Shown here: positions 37,836 through 52,836 of the stretch, piece after piece | Numbering within the stretch: the first letter of the stretch is position 1 | Layout: every line of letters begins with the position of its first letter | NCBI RefSeq assembly: GCF_013315695.1 | Contig: NZ_CP054353.1 | Direction: 5' to 3' (one strand) | DNA length: 64,000 nt | Origin: Escherichia coli | Lineage (GTDB): Bacteria; Pseudomonadota; Gammaproteobacteria; Enterobacterales; Enterobacteriaceae | Notes under the pieces: generated by a model | What the model saw: only the letters and a program-made list of their open reading frames with translations | What the model was told of the DNA's origin: nothing | Databases searched by the model: none | Translations under genes and position numbers: made by a program

Positions 37836-38777
37836 TCAGAACAGATTATCAATGTTCATGCTGTAGGTTTTGCTCACCTTGTCGCTTATCGATTTCATCT
37901 GCTGAATCATGCTGGTGAGTTTGCGGGCATAGTGAGGATCGGTGGCATAGCCCGCGTCCTGTAGGGCCTGCGCCCCCTGCTCCGCACTCGCGGCGGTCGT
38001 CACGGCGGCGTAGCGCGGGTTACGCGTTAACAGCCCAACGTAATCCGACAATGCTTCCAGATACGAGCTGTAGACCCGAAACTTCGCTTTTACTTTCTTC
38101 GCTTCGCCATTTTCATATTCAGTCGTGGTGATTTCAGTAACTGGCCCTTTCCAGTTGCCAGAGGCTTTGACGCCAAACAGGTTATAGCTCGGCTCGCCGT
38201 TTTCACGGCGGATTTGCCGTTGTCCCCAGCCAGATTCCAGCGCCGCCTGAGCGAGGATCAAATGATGTGGCACACCGCTTTGCTGGCTTGCCAGTTGGGC
38301 GGGCAACGAGAGTTGCGCGAGGAATGCTTTACTGTCACCCGGCAGCGAATCATCGTAGTTACGTGGTACGGCCTTTTGCACCAGCTGCGAAAGCGTCTGA
38401 TTTTGATAACGCACCACGGTTTCGAGCGGGAATTTCATCGGTGCTGCTGGCGTGGACTCCTCTGGCAATGGTTGTTCTGGCGTCATCTGTTTAACCATCA
38501 TCTCTGCCAGCCCCAGACCTTTGCCCGCCGTCATCTGTTGGGCAATCTGCTGGTCATACATACTGGTATACAGGTGAGTGTGCTCGCTGCTGAACAGGCC
38601 ATCTTTTGGTAAAGCGTCGCGCATGCTTTTCAACATCATCTGCACGAACATCCCTTCCACCTGGTGGGCCACCGGACGGATATTTGCCGCCGGATCTTCG
38701 CCCGCTTTCGCCTTAAGTTCGTTGAGCGATTGTGCATCCCAGGCCGCACTTGCCAGTAGTTTGCTGTCGCTGATCAT
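37836..38777 (-). CDS. flgJ: Flagellar rod-assembly protein / peptidoglycan hydrolase FlgJ
   Basis: ORF trimmed to ATG 38777 ([22 protein letters not shown]...), 313 aa. Confidence 0.93.
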   Translation of the reverse strand: MISDSKLLASAAWDAQSLNELKAKAGEDPAANIRPVAHQVEGMFVQMMLKSMRDALPKDGLFSSEHTHLYTSMYDQQIAQQMTAGKGLGLAEMMVKQMTPEQPLPEESTPAAPMKFPLETVVRYQNQTLSQLVQKAVPRNYDDSLPGDSKAFLAQLSLPAQLASQQSGVPHHLILAQAALESGWGQRQIRRENGEPSYNLFGVKASGNWKGPVTEITTTEYENGEAKKVKAKFRVYSSYLEALSDYVGLLTRNPRYAAVTTAASAEQGAQALQDAGYATDPHYARKLTSMIQQMKSISDKVSKTYSMNIDNLF

Positions 38778-39874
38778 CAGATGATTTCCAGTTTTGCCCG
38801 CAGACATCCCGCACTTTGCATTGATTGCAGTATGGACATCAGATCCATCGGCGTAGCGCCCAGCGCATTGAGCGCACGCACCACGTTATTGAGGCTGGCG
38901 CTGGAACGTACGCTTTGCAGCGAACCGCCGCTCTGGCGTAAATCGATCTGCGTTTGTGGCGTTACCACGGTCTGCCCGCCACCAAACGGTGTATCTGGCT
39001 GGCTGACATTGGCCTGACGATTAACTGTTACTGAGAGATTCCCCTGCGCTACCGCGCAGCTGTCGAGGGTCACTTCGCGATTCATCACCACCGAACCAGT
39101 GCGCGAGTTAATCACTACTTTAGCGTCCTGCGGGGTGACATTAACCTGCATATTCTGGATATCGGCAAGGAAACGGACCTGGGAACTGTTGCCACTCGGT
39201 ACGCGCACCTGAATAGTCCGCGCATCTAACGCGGTGGCGCTGCCATATCCACGCACACGGTTGATGGTGTCAGCGATTTGCTGCGCCATACTGAAATCTT
39301 CGTCGTTAAGTTGCAAATTAAGGGTATTCCCGACGCCAAACTGGCTGGGCAATTCACGTTCAATAACCGCTCCATTGGTGATCCGTCCACCGTTCAGTTG
39401 GTTCACCTGAACACTGCTACCGCCAGCGGAGGCCCCTGCGCCGCCAACCAGAATATTGCCCTGCGCCAGCGCATACACCTGACTGTCAACGCCCTTAAGC
39501 GGTGTCATCAATAACGTACCGCCACGCAGACTTTTGGCATTTCCCATGGAAGAAACCACCACGTCAATGGTTTGCCCCTGACGTCCAAACGGTGGAAGTG
39601 ACGCTGTCACCATAACCGCAGCGACGTTTTTTAGCTGCATATTAGTGCCCGTCGGAACGGTAATTCCCAGCTGTGAGAGCATGTTATTAAGCGTTTGTGT
39701 GGTAAACGGCGTCTGAGTTGTCTGGTCACCTGTACCATCAAGCCCCACCACCAGACCATAGCCAATCAGTGAGTTTTGCCTTACCCCCTGAACACTGGTG
39801 AGATCGCGAATACGCTCAGCCTGAACCGCCGTCGTAACCAGTAGAAGAATTAATGCAGAGAGAAATTTAATCAC
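38777..39874 (-). CDS. flgI: Flagellar P-ring protein FlgI
   Basis: Second GTG at 39874 gives [19 protein letters not shown]... (365 aa, signal peptide); stop overlaps flgJ start by 1 nt. Confidence 0.95.
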   Translation of the reverse strand: MIKFLSALILLLVTTAVQAERIRDLTSVQGVRQNSLIGYGLVVGLDGTGDQTTQTPFTTQTLNNMLSQLGITVPTGTNMQLKNVAAVMVTASLPPFGRQGQTIDVVVSSMGNAKSLRGGTLLMTPLKGVDSQVYALAQGNILVGGAGASAGGSSVQVNQLNGGRITNGAVIERELPSQFGVGNTLNLQLNDEDFSMAQQIADTINRVRGYGSATALDARTIQVRVPSGNSSQVRFLADIQNMQVNVTPQDAKVVINSRTGSVVMNREVTLDSCAVAQGNLSVTVNRQANVSQPDTPFGGGQTVVTPQTQIDLRQSGGSLQSVRSSASLNNVVRALNALGATPMDLMSILQSMQSAGCLRAKLEII

Positions 39875-39885
39875 CACAGCCTCAC

Positions 39886-40584
39886 TTACATTGGCGACAG
39901 ATTAAGGAAGAAACGTTGCAACCAGCCCATATTTTGCGCTTCGTTAATGTAGCCATTGCCTACGTATTCAATGCGCGCATCCGCCACCTGAGTAGACGGT
40001 ACGGTATTGCTGCCGCTGATGGTGCGTGGATTAACCACGCCAGAGAAGCGAATAAATTCGGTACCCTGATTAATGGCGATCTGTTTTTCACCCACCACAT
40101 GCAGATTGCCGTTGACCAGTACCTGGTCAACCGTCACCGTCAACGTGCCGCTAAAGGTATTACTGGCATTGGCCCCGCCTTTTCCGTTGAACGTGTTACC
40201 ACCGGAGGCTTCGACATCGGCACGAGCGTTACCAAACAGCCCCTGCAAATAGCGCGGCACAGTATCAAAGCCAAAATTAGATTTACCGTCACGGCTGGCA
40301 TTCGCAGAGGAGCTTTTGCTGGCGCTGACGTTCTCCTGCAACACGATGGTCAGCGTATCGCCAATATTGCGTGGTCGACGATCTTCAAACAGCGGTTGAT
40401 AGCCATAGTTAATCGGCTGAGCAGACTGGAAAATAGAACCGTTGGCGACGGGCGTCGGACCGGGAACCGGTTGTGCACTGGTCGCCCCCTGTACCAGCGG
40501 CGTGGAGGGTATCCAGGCGCAGCCGGTTAGTGAAAGCACCAACAAGCTGGAAATGGCATAAGTATGCGCAGCGTTTTTTTGCAT
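39886..40584 (-). CDS. flgH: Flagellar L-ring lipoprotein FlgH
   Basis: ORF trimmed to ATG 40584 ([22 protein letters not shown]...), 232 aa. Confidence 0.95.
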   Translation of the reverse strand: MQKNAAHTYAISSLLVLSLTGCAWIPSTPLVQGATSAQPVPGPTPVANGSIFQSAQPINYGYQPLFEDRRPRNIGDTLTIVLQENVSASKSSSANASRDGKSNFGFDTVPRYLQGLFGNARADVEASGGNTFNGKGGANASNTFSGTLTVTVDQVLVNGNLHVVGEKQIAINQGTEFIRFSGVVNPRTISGSNTVPSTQVADARIEYVGNGYINEAQNMGWLQRFFLNLSPM

Positions 40585-40636
40585 GGCTATCATCTTCAAA
40601 AATCAGTAAACCGGTGAATCTGCCACCGGTTATGCC

Positions 40637-41437
<801 letters not shown>

Positions 41438-41555
41438 TTAGTGACAAGCAGAGCAGAAGCACGCGACGGTGCGAATTTCCCCTCACCCTAACCTCTCCCA
41501 AAATGGGCGAGAGAATAGTCCGCGCGCTTTTATTGCAATGTCATCAATCGTTTAA

Positions 41556-42311
41556 TTAACTCATCGACAGCAGTTGGTTGGCACGGCCTGCGTTATCATC
41601 GACGCTGCTGATCACCTTCATCTGCATTTCAAAACGCCGCGCGCTGGCAATCATGTCGCTCATTGCCGCAACGGCATTGACGTTACTGCCTTCCAGAACT
41701 CCCGACATCACACGCAAGGTTGGATCTGCCTGCAGTACCGGCCCACGCGTGGCCTGGCTTTCCGCGCTTAAACGAAAAATGCCGTCGTCACCGCGCTGCA
41801 CTTCGCTGCCCGTGGCTTTCACCAGTTTCAGACGCCCCACTGGCGCAACCGTATTTGCCGGATCGCCCGGATTCAGCGCCGAGATTGTGCCATCGGCAGC
41901 AATAGTGATTTCCGCCCCTTCCGGCACAGCAATTGGCCCCGCCTCGCCTATCACCGGATGTCCCTGAATTGTCAGTTGCCCGGTGGGATCAACCTGAATG
42001 CTGCCATTACGCGTATACCCTTCGCTGCTGTCAGCGGTCTGCACGGCCAGCCAGCCATCCTGCTGCAACGCAACGTCCAGCGGGCGCGAGGTGTAATCCA
42101 TCTTGCCGGGCGTCATGTCTGCACCCGGTGTTGACGCCGTTACCAGCGTGCGCGTGGGCAGTGAAAGCCCTTCCACCGGCACTGCGCGCAAGGCGTTTAA
42201 CTGCGCGCGAAAACCGGGCGTAGAGGCATTGGCCAGATTACTGGCGGTTACCGCCTGTTGATTCAGCGTCTGGCTGGCTGCTCCCATCGCGGTATAAATT
42301 GCGTGATCCAT
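41556..42311 (-). CDS. flgF: Flagellar proximal rod protein FlgF
   Basis: 251-aa ORF MDHAIYTAMGAASQTLNQQAVTASNLANAST... Confidence 0.95.
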   Translation of the reverse strand: MDHAIYTAMGAASQTLNQQAVTASNLANASTPGFRAQLNALRAVPVEGLSLPTRTLVTASTPGADMTPGKMDYTSRPLDVALQQDGWLAVQTADSSEGYTRNGSIQVDPTGQLTIQGHPVIGEAGPIAVPEGAEITIAADGTISALNPGDPANTVAPVGRLKLVKATGSEVQRGDDGIFRLSAESQATRGPVLQADPTLRVMSGVLEGSNVNAVAAMSDMIASARRFEMQMKVISSVDDNAGRANQLLSMS

Positions 42312-42330
42312 TGAGCTATCCCGTCAGCGA

Positions 42331-43536
42331 TTAGCGTAAGTTAACCAGCGTGTTGAGGATCTGGTCCTGGGTTTTGATGGTCTGGGCGTTAGACTGATAG
42401 TTACGCTGGGCAACGATCATATTGACCAGTTCTTTACTGAGATCGACGTTGGACGCTTCCAGCGCACCGTTGGTCAGCGTACCAAAGTTGCCCGTCCCGG
42501 CAGTCCCCAACAGCGCCACGCCAGAAGATTGCGTCGCAGACCAGACGTTGTCGCCTTCGGATGCCAGACCTTCGTTGTTGGCAAAGTTCGCCAGTACAAT
42601 CTGCCCCAGCAGTTGGGTTTGTTCGTTGGAATAGTTGCCGACAACCGTACCGTCATCATTGATTTGATAACTCACCAGATCACCCGGTTTGTAGCCATTC
42701 TGGGTGGTTGCCACGATGTTGTTAGCGCCGGTATTTTGCTGCATAGAATTGAGGAAGCTCAGGCTAAACGTGGCGGGATCTGCGCCGTTAATTGCGCCGG
42801 TGGTAATATCCTTTGTTGGATCTGAGGTCAGAACGCCATTGGCATTAAACACCAGCGTCGTTGCAGGGTTAGCTGTGCCTGTTGGATCACTGCTATCCAG
42901 GGTGTAAACATCCCAGTTGTTATCCCCGGTCTTCACAAAATAAACGCTCATATCATGAGCATTACCCTGACTATCGAAAACAGTCACCGAACCTTTTTTG
43001 TTATAGCTATCCGCATTGCTGGCATCGAATGCTTTAACAGAGGGAAGCGGATCACTGGAATTCAGGTTGATCTGCATCGACGCCGTGGTGGTAGTTTTCG
43101 CTGCCATCAGGGTATTCGGGATCGAAATATTGGTCGGATTCGCCCCTTGCTGAATAGTTGGCGGCGTACCGGTTGCCGGGTAACCCGTCAGCTGTAAACC
43201 TTGCATATTCACCAGGTTACGGTTTTCATCCAGCTTAAATTGTCCGTTACGGCTGTAGAACACCGAACCGTTGCTGTCTACCAGACGGAAAAAACCGTTC
43301 TGGCTGATAGCAACGTCCAGACCTCGCCCGGTGTTGGTGGTCGTGCCATCGGTAAAGTCCTGGGTGATACCGGCAACTTTTACCCCCAGTCCCACTTTCG
43401 AACCGGCAAACATATCGGCAAAAGAGGCCGTGCCTGATTTAAAGCCGTAGGTGGCGGAGTTGGCGATATTGTTGCCAATAACATCGAGGTTGGTGGCGGC
43501 AGCGTTTAATCCGCTAACCGCTTGAGAAAAGGCCAT
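42331..43536 (-). CDS. flgE: Flagellar hook protein FlgE
   Basis: 401-aa ORF MAFSQAVSGLNAAATNLDVIGNNIANSATYGFK... with conserved termini. Confidence 0.95.
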   Translation of the reverse strand: MAFSQAVSGLNAAATNLDVIGNNIANSATYGFKSGTASFADMFAGSKVGLGVKVAGITQDFTDGTTTNTGRGLDVAISQNGFFRLVDSNGSVFYSRNGQFKLDENRNLVNMQGLQLTGYPATGTPPTIQQGANPTNISIPNTLMAAKTTTTASMQINLNSSDPLPSVKAFDASNADSYNKKGSVTVFDSQGNAHDMSVYFVKTGDNNWDVYTLDSSDPTGTANPATTLVFNANGVLTSDPTKDITTGAINGADPATFSLSFLNSMQQNTGANNIVATTQNGYKPGDLVSYQINDDGTVVGNYSNEQTQLLGQIVLANFANNEGLASEGDNVWSATQSSGVALLGTAGTGNFGTLTNGALEASNVDLSKELVNMIVAQRNYQSNAQTIKTQDQILNTLVNLR

Positions 43537-43560
43537 GACTGACTCCTGAAATGTGAAGGC

Positions 43561-44256
43561 TTAAATTATCTGCCGTACTTCGTCGAGGGTGGTGGTGCCG
43601 TAAGTGCCGAGATCCAGCGTATTACCGTTGTTGCCGCGGATCACACCCTGCACCAGAGCAAACTGCAGCGGCTGGGCAACCAGTTGTGTACCACCGTTAC
43701 TGGCGCTAATCGCTACGTTGTAAGAACCGTTCGGCGCAGTGCTGCCGTCAGTCAACGTACCGTCCCAGGTGAAACTGTGGACTCCGGCAGTCAGTTCACC
43801 GATATCAATGGTACGGACAACTGCACCGTTTTTATCGGTGATGGTGGCCGTCACTTTGTCTGCCGCCTGTTGCAGCTCAACACCAAACGGCGTGGTCGTG
43901 GTCACAGCCCCTTCATCACTGCCGGTTCCCGCAAGAACAGTGGTGCCGGGGATCATCACGCCGTGACCGATCAGGTTACTGGCCTGTAACGACTGGCTGT
44001 TATCAATCTGTCCGGAAATAGATCCGAGCGTGGTATTGAGTTTTTCAATCCCGCTTACCGTGCTGATTTGAGCCAATTGCGACGTCAGCTCGTTGTTTTC
44101 CATTGGATTGGTCGGGTCCTGGTTTTTCAGCTGCGCCACCAACAAAGTCAGAAAACTGCTTTGTAAATCTGCGGCGTTGCTGCCCGTGAGCGAACTACTA
44201 CTGGTGGTGCTGACGCCGGTATTTGTCGGATCGGTGGTGGTTACCGCAATGGACAT
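43561..44256 (-). CDS. flgD: Flagellar hook-capping protein FlgD
   Basis: 231-aa ORF MSIAVTTTDPTNTGVSTTSSSSL... Confidence 0.95.
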   Translation of the reverse strand: MSIAVTTTDPTNTGVSTTSSSSLTGSNAADLQSSFLTLLVAQLKNQDPTNPMENNELTSQLAQISTVSGIEKLNTTLGSISGQIDNSQSLQASNLIGHGVMIPGTTVLAGTGSDEGAVTTTTPFGVELQQAADKVTATITDKNGAVVRTIDIGELTAGVHSFTWDGTLTDGSTAPNGSYNVAISASNGGTQLVAQPLQFALVQGVIRGNNGNTLDLGTYGTTTLDEVRQII

Positions 44257-44267
44257 AGCTTTCTCCT

Positions 44268-44672
44268 TTATTGGCCGAGCGTAAGGGTTTTCAGCATCAT
44301 GCTTTTCACCGTGTTGAGCACTTCAACATTGGCCTGATAGCTGCGTGACGCCGACATGGTGTTAACCATCTCCCCGACGACATCAACGTTTGGCATTTTC
44401 ACGTAGCCCTTTGCATCCGCCAGCGGATTACCCGGTTCATAAACCAGTTTGTCCGGGGCCTGACTTTCTATAACATCGGCAACCTTTACGCCGCCTGTCG
44501 CAGCACCTGGCGCAGCGTTAACCTGGAATACCACCTGTTTTGCCCGATATGGCTGTCCATCGGGACCGGTCACGCTATCAGCATTCGCCAGATTACTGGC
44601 CGCCACGTTCAGGCGCTGGGATTGGGCAGTTAACGCCGACCCGGCGATATCAAAAATATTCAGCAGTGCCAT
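44268..44672 (-). CDS. flgC: Flagellar proximal rod protein FlgC
   Basis: 134-aa [36 protein letters not shown]... Confidence 0.97.
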
Positions 44673-44675
44673 CCG

Positions 44676-45092
44676 TTAATTTCCGCTCTGTAAAACGTTC
44701 ATCATGCCTTTGATCTGCCCGCTCAACGCGCTAAGGCTCATCTGGTATTGCAGGCTGTTATCGGCAAACTGGGTGCGTTCACGATCCATATCGACAGTAT
44801 TACCGTCAAGCGAAGGCTGGTCCGGAATACGGTATTGCAGTTCTGCGGTAGGAGGCGTCAGCGCCTGCGCCGGAATGTGTTGCGTTGAGGTCATCGTCAG
44901 TGCAACCACGCTTGTTGCATCCCGTCCACGTTGCATGACTTTTTTAAGTTCACTGGCAAAATCGATATCGCGAGCCTGATAACCAGGGGTATCGGCATTG
45001 GCGATGTTTGCTGCCAGCACTTCCTGACGCTGGGCGCGCAGATTGAGCGCCTCTTGTTGAAAACGTAAGGCGGCGTCGAGCTTATCGAGCAT
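44676..45092 (-). CDS. flgB: Flagellar proximal rod protein FlgB
   Basis: 138-aa [48 protein letters not shown]... Confidence 0.97.
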
Positions 45093-45246
45093 ATCTCCTC
45101 CGCAGGTATCAAAATTCTGCCATCAGCTTAAATGCCTTTACGCGCACGTTATCGGCGGAATAAACGCAAAATGGGTCGCTATTTATGCCGTTGATGGTCA
45201 TTGCGGACAGGTACAATTCACGTTGTAGAAATGGCTGGGGGCGAAA
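45093..45246. promoter_or_regulatory. Divergent flgB / flgA class-2 (FlhDC-dependent) promoter region
   Basis: 154-bp divergent spacer between flgB and flgA starts; assignment from established flagellar regulon architecture. Confidence 0.6.
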
Positions 45247-45906
45247 ATGCTGACAATAAAACGTAGCGTGGCGATCATCGCGATACTGTTCAGTCCGTTA
45301 AGTACGGCGAGCAATCTCACATCGCAATTGCACACCTTTTTTAGCGCCCAGCTCGCGGGGGTAAGTGATGAGGTTCGTGTTTCTATTCGTACAGCGCCCA
45401 GTCTACTGCCGCCGTGCGAGCAGCCATTGCTTTCGATGAGCAATAATTCCCGCCTGTGGGGCAATGTGAATGTGTTGGCACGCTGCGGTAACGACAAACG
45501 ATATTTACAGGTTAATGTGCAGGCCACAGGAAATTATGTGGTTGCCGCAATGCCCATTGTGCGGGGAGAAAAGCTGGAAGCTGGCAATGTCAAACTGAAA
45601 CGCGGACGGCTGGACACCCTGCCACCGCGTACGGTGCTGGATATCAATCAACTTGTTGATGCCGTTAGCCTGCGCGATCTATCACCCGATCAACCTATCC
45701 AGTTAACCCAGTTTCGCCAGGCATGGCGGGTAAAAGCGGGACAACGCGTCAACGTGATCGCCAGCGGTGATGGGTTTAGCGCCAACGCAGAAGGTCAGGC
45801 GCTGAACAATGCTGCCGTCGCACAGAATGCGCGGGTGCGCATGGTATCGGGACAGGTGGTCAGCGGCGTTGTTGATGCAGATGGGAATATTCTTATAAAC
45901 CTGTAA
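45247..45906 (+). CDS. flgA: Flagellar P-ring assembly chaperone FlgA
   Basis: 219-aa ORF with signal peptide MLTIKRSVAIIAILFSPLSTAS... Confidence 0.93.
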   Translation: MLTIKRSVAIIAILFSPLSTASNLTSQLHTFFSAQLAGVSDEVRVSIRTAPSLLPPCEQPLLSMSNNSRLWGNVNVLARCGNDKRYLQVNVQATGNYVVAAMPIVRGEKLEAGNVKLKRGRLDTLPPRTVLDINQLVDAVSLRDLSPDQPIQLTQFRQAWRVKAGQRVNVIASGDGFSANAEGQALNNAAVAQNARVRMVSGQVVSGVVDADGNILINL

Positions 45907-45911
45907 GCTGT

Positions 45912-45938
45912 TAAAGATTACCCATCCCTTGCCGATAA
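45912..45938 (+). promoter_or_regulatory. Sigma-28 (class 3) promoter for flgMN
   Basis: TAAA-N15-GCCGATAA consensus match (taaagattacccatcccttgccgataa) 44 bp upstream of flgM. Confidence 0.7.
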
Positions 45939-45981
45939 ATAAGCAACACATGATAAAAGCGCCCTCAATGAGGAATAAACC

Positions 45982-46275
45982 ATGAGTATTGATCGCACTT
46001 CGCCTCTGAAGCCAGTAAGCACCGTTCAACCGCGCGAAACCACTGACGCGCCGGTAACAAACACCCGGGCGGCAAAAACAACAGCCTCCACCAGCACCAG
46101 TGTGACGTTAAGCGACGCGCAAGCAAAACTGATGCAACCCGGCAGCAGTGATATCAATCTTGAACGTGTCGAAGCGTTAAAACTGGCGATTCGTAACGGA
46201 GAACTAAAAATGGACACCGGCAAAATTGCCGATGCGCTGATCAACGAAGCGCAGCAAGACTTGCAGAGTAACTGA
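45982..46275 (+). CDS. flgM: Anti-sigma-28 factor FlgM
   Basis: 97-aa [37 protein letters not shown]... Confidence 0.96.
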   Translation: MSIDRTSPLKPVSTVQPRETTDAPVTNTRAAKTTASTSTSVTLSDAQAKLMQPGSSDINLERVEALKLAIRNGELKMDTGKIADALINEAQQDLQSN

Positions 46276-46279
46276 TCGT

Positions 46280-46696
46280 ATGACGCGTCTTGCAGAGATC
46301 CTCGACCAGATGTCCGCTGTGCTTAACGATCTCAAAACGGTAATGGATCAAGAACAGCAACATCTCTCTATGGGGCAGATCAACGGCAGCCAGTTGCAAT
46401 GGATTACAGAACAAAAAAGCTCACTGCTGGCGACGCTGGATTACCTCGAACAGTTACGCAGGAAAGAACCCAATTCAGCAAATAGCGTTGATATTAGTCA
46501 ACGCTGGCAGGAAATTACTGTGAAAACGCAGCAACTACGCCAAATGAATCAACATAACGGCTGGTTACTGGAAGGACAGATTGAGCGCAATCAACCGGCG
46601 CTGGAAATGTTGAAACCGCATCAGGAACCGACGCTATATGGAGCGAACGGTCAGACCTCAACAACCCATCGCGGCAGTAAAAAGATTTCGATCTGA
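46280..46696 (+). CDS. flgN: Flagellar export chaperone FlgN
   Basis: 138-aa ORF MTRLAEILDQMSAVLNDLKTVMDQEQQHLS... Confidence 0.95.
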   Translation: MTRLAEILDQMSAVLNDLKTVMDQEQQHLSMGQINGSQLQWITEQKSSLLATLDYLEQLRRKEPNSANSVDISQRWQEITVKTQQLRQMNQHNGWLLEGQIERNQPALEMLKPHQEPTLYGANGQTSTTHRGSKKISI

Positions 46697-46735
46697 AGAT
46701 TATCTCCGGCCTGCACTGCAGGCCGGAATGCATTG

Positions 46736-48358
<1,623 letters not shown>

Positions 48359-48380
48359 CTACCGCCAGATGTTACAGGGT

Positions 48381-49304
48381 TTATTCACTCATCGCATCGC
48401 GCCAGATCTTGTCAACGATACGTTGCGCCAGCACTGCCTGTTCGCCGGCGGTTTGCGGAACTGTCTGATTTTGCACGCATTCAATGAAGTGCCGCGCACA
48501 GCCGACAAATCCACGTTGCTCAAGCGTACTCTGCCAACCAGGAATCGGTTTATGCACTACGCCCTGCCCGCGCTCCTCACGCCATTCGCGCATATCCGTA
48601 ATGTCGATGAGCGCACCGTCAGTCACGGCCTGCACGGTTTCACGCTGACTTCCGGCACGGCGATGCATACAGGTGGTGATCTGCAAAGGACCGGCCGAAA
48701 AATGGTGCTCGGCAAACAGCATTTCGCCAGCGTCATTAGTCAGTAGCGTACCGCCATCCAGAGAGGCTTTACCGCCCGACAACCACAGCACGGTATCCAC
48801 CACATGCAGATAATCATCCAGCAACGTGAAATAAAGATCGTGTGGCCCGACGCTATTGCTACGATGTTTATCCATTCTTAGCGAGGCTGCGGTGGCGAGT
48901 TGCTTTTTTAACTCACCGTAGAGTGGTGCGAAACGACGGTTAAAACCGACCATCAACGTCAGTTTTTTCCGCGCCGCCAGTTCCACCAGCCGTTCAGCAT
49001 CGCGCAGATTTTCTGCCAGCGGTTTATCGACACAGACATGTACCCCCGCATTGAGTAACGTACTGACCACGTCAAAGTGGCTGGCGGTGCTGGAATGCAC
49101 AAAAACCGCATCGCAACTGGCGGAAAGGCTGGATAACGAATCGGCATAAGGAATGCGCCAGCTTTCACAAATTGGCAGGGCTTTCGCGCGCGTAGGCGAC
49201 CAGGCTCCTTGTAACATCCAGTCAGACGCTGCCGCCAGCACCGGTAACCATGCTTTTTGCGCGATGCCGCCTAACCCCACTACGCCGATACGTAATTTTT
49301 TCAC
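48381..49304 (-). CDS. yceM: Gfo/Idh/MocA-family oxidoreductase YceM (MviM)
   Basis: ORF trimmed to GTG 49304 (MKKLRIGVVGLGGIAQKAWLPVL...), 307 aa. Confidence 0.9.
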   Translation of the reverse strand: MKKLRIGVVGLGGIAQKAWLPVLAAASDWMLQGAWSPTRAKALPICESWRIPYADSLSSLSASCDAVFVHSSTASHFDVVSTLLNAGVHVCVDKPLAENLRDAERLVELAARKKLTLMVGFNRRFAPLYGELKKQLATAASLRMDKHRSNSVGPHDLYFTLLDDYLHVVDTVLWLSGGKASLDGGTLLTNDAGEMLFAEHHFSAGPLQITTCMHRRAGSQRETVQAVTDGALIDITDMREWREERGQGVVHKPIPGWQSTLEQRGFVGCARHFIECVQNQTVPQTAGEQAVLAQRIVDKIWRDAMSE

Positions 49305-49305
49305 T

Positions 49306-50548
<1,243 letters not shown>

Positions 50549-50783
50549 TCTATACCTACTCCTTCCCGTAACGTCTTTAATACGCTGTAAGTATTACTAT
50601 ACCTGCGCAACCAGACCCTGTGAAAAGTCCAGAATGCCATTTTCTGCATTATTCACATATTTGATAAAAACTCTCTATCAAAGCGACGTTTTGATAAAAA
50701 AATATTGTCCCCGAAGTGACGGGAAAAGTCTTAGCGGCAATGCAGAATAGAAAGTGCTCATCTTTTATTTCCCGGGAGGGGAA

Positions 50784-51992
50784 ATGTCCCGCGTGTCGCA
50801 GGCGAGGAACCTGGGTAAATATTTCCTGCTCATCGATAATATGCTGGTCGTGCTGGGGTTCTTTGTTGTCTTCCCGCTGATCTCTATCCGCTTCGTTGAT
50901 CAAATGGGCTGGGCCGCCGTCATGGTCGGTATTGCCCTCGGCCTACGCCAGTTTATTCAGCAAGGTCTGGGTATTTTCGGCGGAGCAATTGCCGACCGCT
51001 TTGGTGCCAAACCGATGATTGTTACCGGTATGCTGATGCGTGCCGCCGGATTCGCCACAATGGGTATCGCCCACGAACCGTGGCTACTGTGGTTTTCATG
51101 CCTGCTTTCGGGACTCGGCGGCACGTTGTTTGATCCTCCGCGTTCGGCGCTGGTGGTGAAACTAATCCGTCCACAACAACGTGGTCGTTTTTTCTCGCTG
51201 TTGATGATGCAGGACAGTGCCGGTGCGGTCATTGGCGCATTGTTGGGGAGCTGGCTGTTGCAATACGACTTTCGCCTGGTCTGCGCCACAGGGGCAGTTT
51301 TGTTTGTGCTGTGTGCAGCGTTCAATGCGTGGTTGTTACCGGCATGGAAACTCTCCACCGTACGCACGCCCGTTCGCGAAGGCATGACCCGCGTGATGCG
51401 CGACAAGCGTTTTGTCACCTATGTCCTGACGCTGGCGGGTTACTACATGCTGGCTGTACAAGTGATGCTGATGCTGCCAATTATGGTCAACGACGTGGCT
51501 GGCGCGCCCTCTGCCGTTAAATGGATGTATGCCATTGAAGCGTGTCTGTCGTTAACGTTGCTCTATCCTATCGCCCGCTGGAGTGAAAAGCATTTTCGTC
51601 TGGAACACCGGTTAATGGCTGGGCTGTTGATAATGTCATTAAGCATGATGCCAGTGGGCATGGTCAGCGGCCTGCAACAACTTTTCACCCTGATTTGTCT
51701 GTTTTATATCGGGTCGATCATTGCCGAGCCTGCGCGTGAAACCTTAAGTGCTTCGCTGGCAGACGCAAGAGCTCGCGGCAGCTATATGGAGTTTAGCCGT
51801 CTGGGTCTGGCGATTGGCGGCGCTATTGGTTATATCGGTGGCGGCTGGCTGTTTGACCTGGGCAAATCGGCGCACCAGCCAGAGCTTCCGTGGATGATGC
51901 TGGGCATTATTGGCATCTTCACTTTCCTTGCGCTGGGTTGGCAGTTTAGCCAGAAACGCGCCGCGCGTCGTTTGCTTGAACGCGACGCCTGA
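50784..51992 (+). CDS. mdtH: MFS multidrug efflux transporter MdtH
   Basis: ORF trimmed to ATG 50784 ([27 protein letters not shown]...), 402 aa. Confidence 0.93.
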   Translation: MSRVSQARNLGKYFLLIDNMLVVLGFFVVFPLISIRFVDQMGWAAVMVGIALGLRQFIQQGLGIFGGAIADRFGAKPMIVTGMLMRAAGFATMGIAHEPWLLWFSCLLSGLGGTLFDPPRSALVVKLIRPQQRGRFFSLLMMQDSAGAVIGALLGSWLLQYDFRLVCATGAVLFVLCAAFNAWLLPAWKLSTVRTPVREGMTRVMRDKRFVTYVLTLAGYYMLAVQVMLMLPIMVNDVAGAPSAVKWMYAIEACLSLTLLYPIARWSEKHFRLEHRLMAGLLIMSLSMMPVGMVSGLQQLFTLICLFYIGSIIAEPARETLSASLADARARGSYMEFSRLGLAIGGAIGYIGGGWLFDLGKSAHQPELPWMMLGIIGIFTFLALGWQFSQKRAARRLLERDA

Positions 51993-52055
51993 TTTGATAC
52001 TCCCCCCTGACTCCTCCATACTGAAAGTGAACTGACAGCCAAATGGAGGAGTCAC

Positions 52056-52703
52056 GTGAAGCTATACATTTACGATCACTGCCCTTACTGCCTCAAAGCC
52101 CGCATGATTTTCGGCCTGAAAAATATCCCCGTCGAATTACATGTTCTGCTCAACGACGACGCAGAAACACCCACCCGGATGGTCGGTCAAAAACAGGTTC
52201 CCATTCTGCAAAAAGATGACAGCCGCTATATGCCAGAAAGCATGGACATCGTTCACTATGTCGATAAACTCGACGGCAAACCGTTACTGACCAGCAAACG
52301 TTCCCCTGCCATTGAAGAGTGGCTGCGCAAGGTCAATGGCTACGCCAACAAACTGCTGTTGCCGCGTTTTGCCAAATCGGCATTTGATGAGTTTTCTACT
52401 CCTGCCGCGCGCAAATATTTCGTCGACAAGAAAGAGGCCAGCGCGGGTAATTTTGCCGACCTGCTGGCCCACTCTGACGGTCTGATTAAGAATATCAGCG
52501 ATGATTTACGTGCGCTGGACAAACTGATCGTCAAACCGAACGCCGTGAATGGCGAACTTTCGGAAGATGATATTCAGCTATTTCCGCTCCTGCGTAATCT
52601 GACGCTGGTAGCCGGAATCAACTGGCCAAGCCGCGTTGCTGATTACCGCGATAATATGGCGAAACAGACACAAATCAATTTGTTATCATCAATGGCGATT
52701 TAA
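52056..52703 (+). CDS. grxB: Glutaredoxin 2
   Basis: 215-aa ORF MKLYIYDHCPYCLKARMIFGLKNIPVELHVLLNDD... (CPYC active site). Confidence 0.96.
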   Translation: MKLYIYDHCPYCLKARMIFGLKNIPVELHVLLNDDAETPTRMVGQKQVPILQKDDSRYMPESMDIVHYVDKLDGKPLLTSKRSPAIEEWLRKVNGYANKLLLPRFAKSAFDEFSTPAARKYFVDKKEASAGNFADLLAHSDGLIKNISDDLRALDKLIVKPNAVNGELSEDDIQLFPLLRNLTLVAGINWPSRVADYRDNMAKQTQINLLSSMAI

Positions 52704-52836
52704 TCCTGACCCGCCGCGGCAGCCTGTATTCGCGGGTTGCCGCCGTTTTCAGTTTTTTCTGCTGGCGAGTTTATCGCTGGTGACACATGCTGCGTTGTGT
52801 CAGGATATTGACGCAGATTTCATGTCGAGGACTACC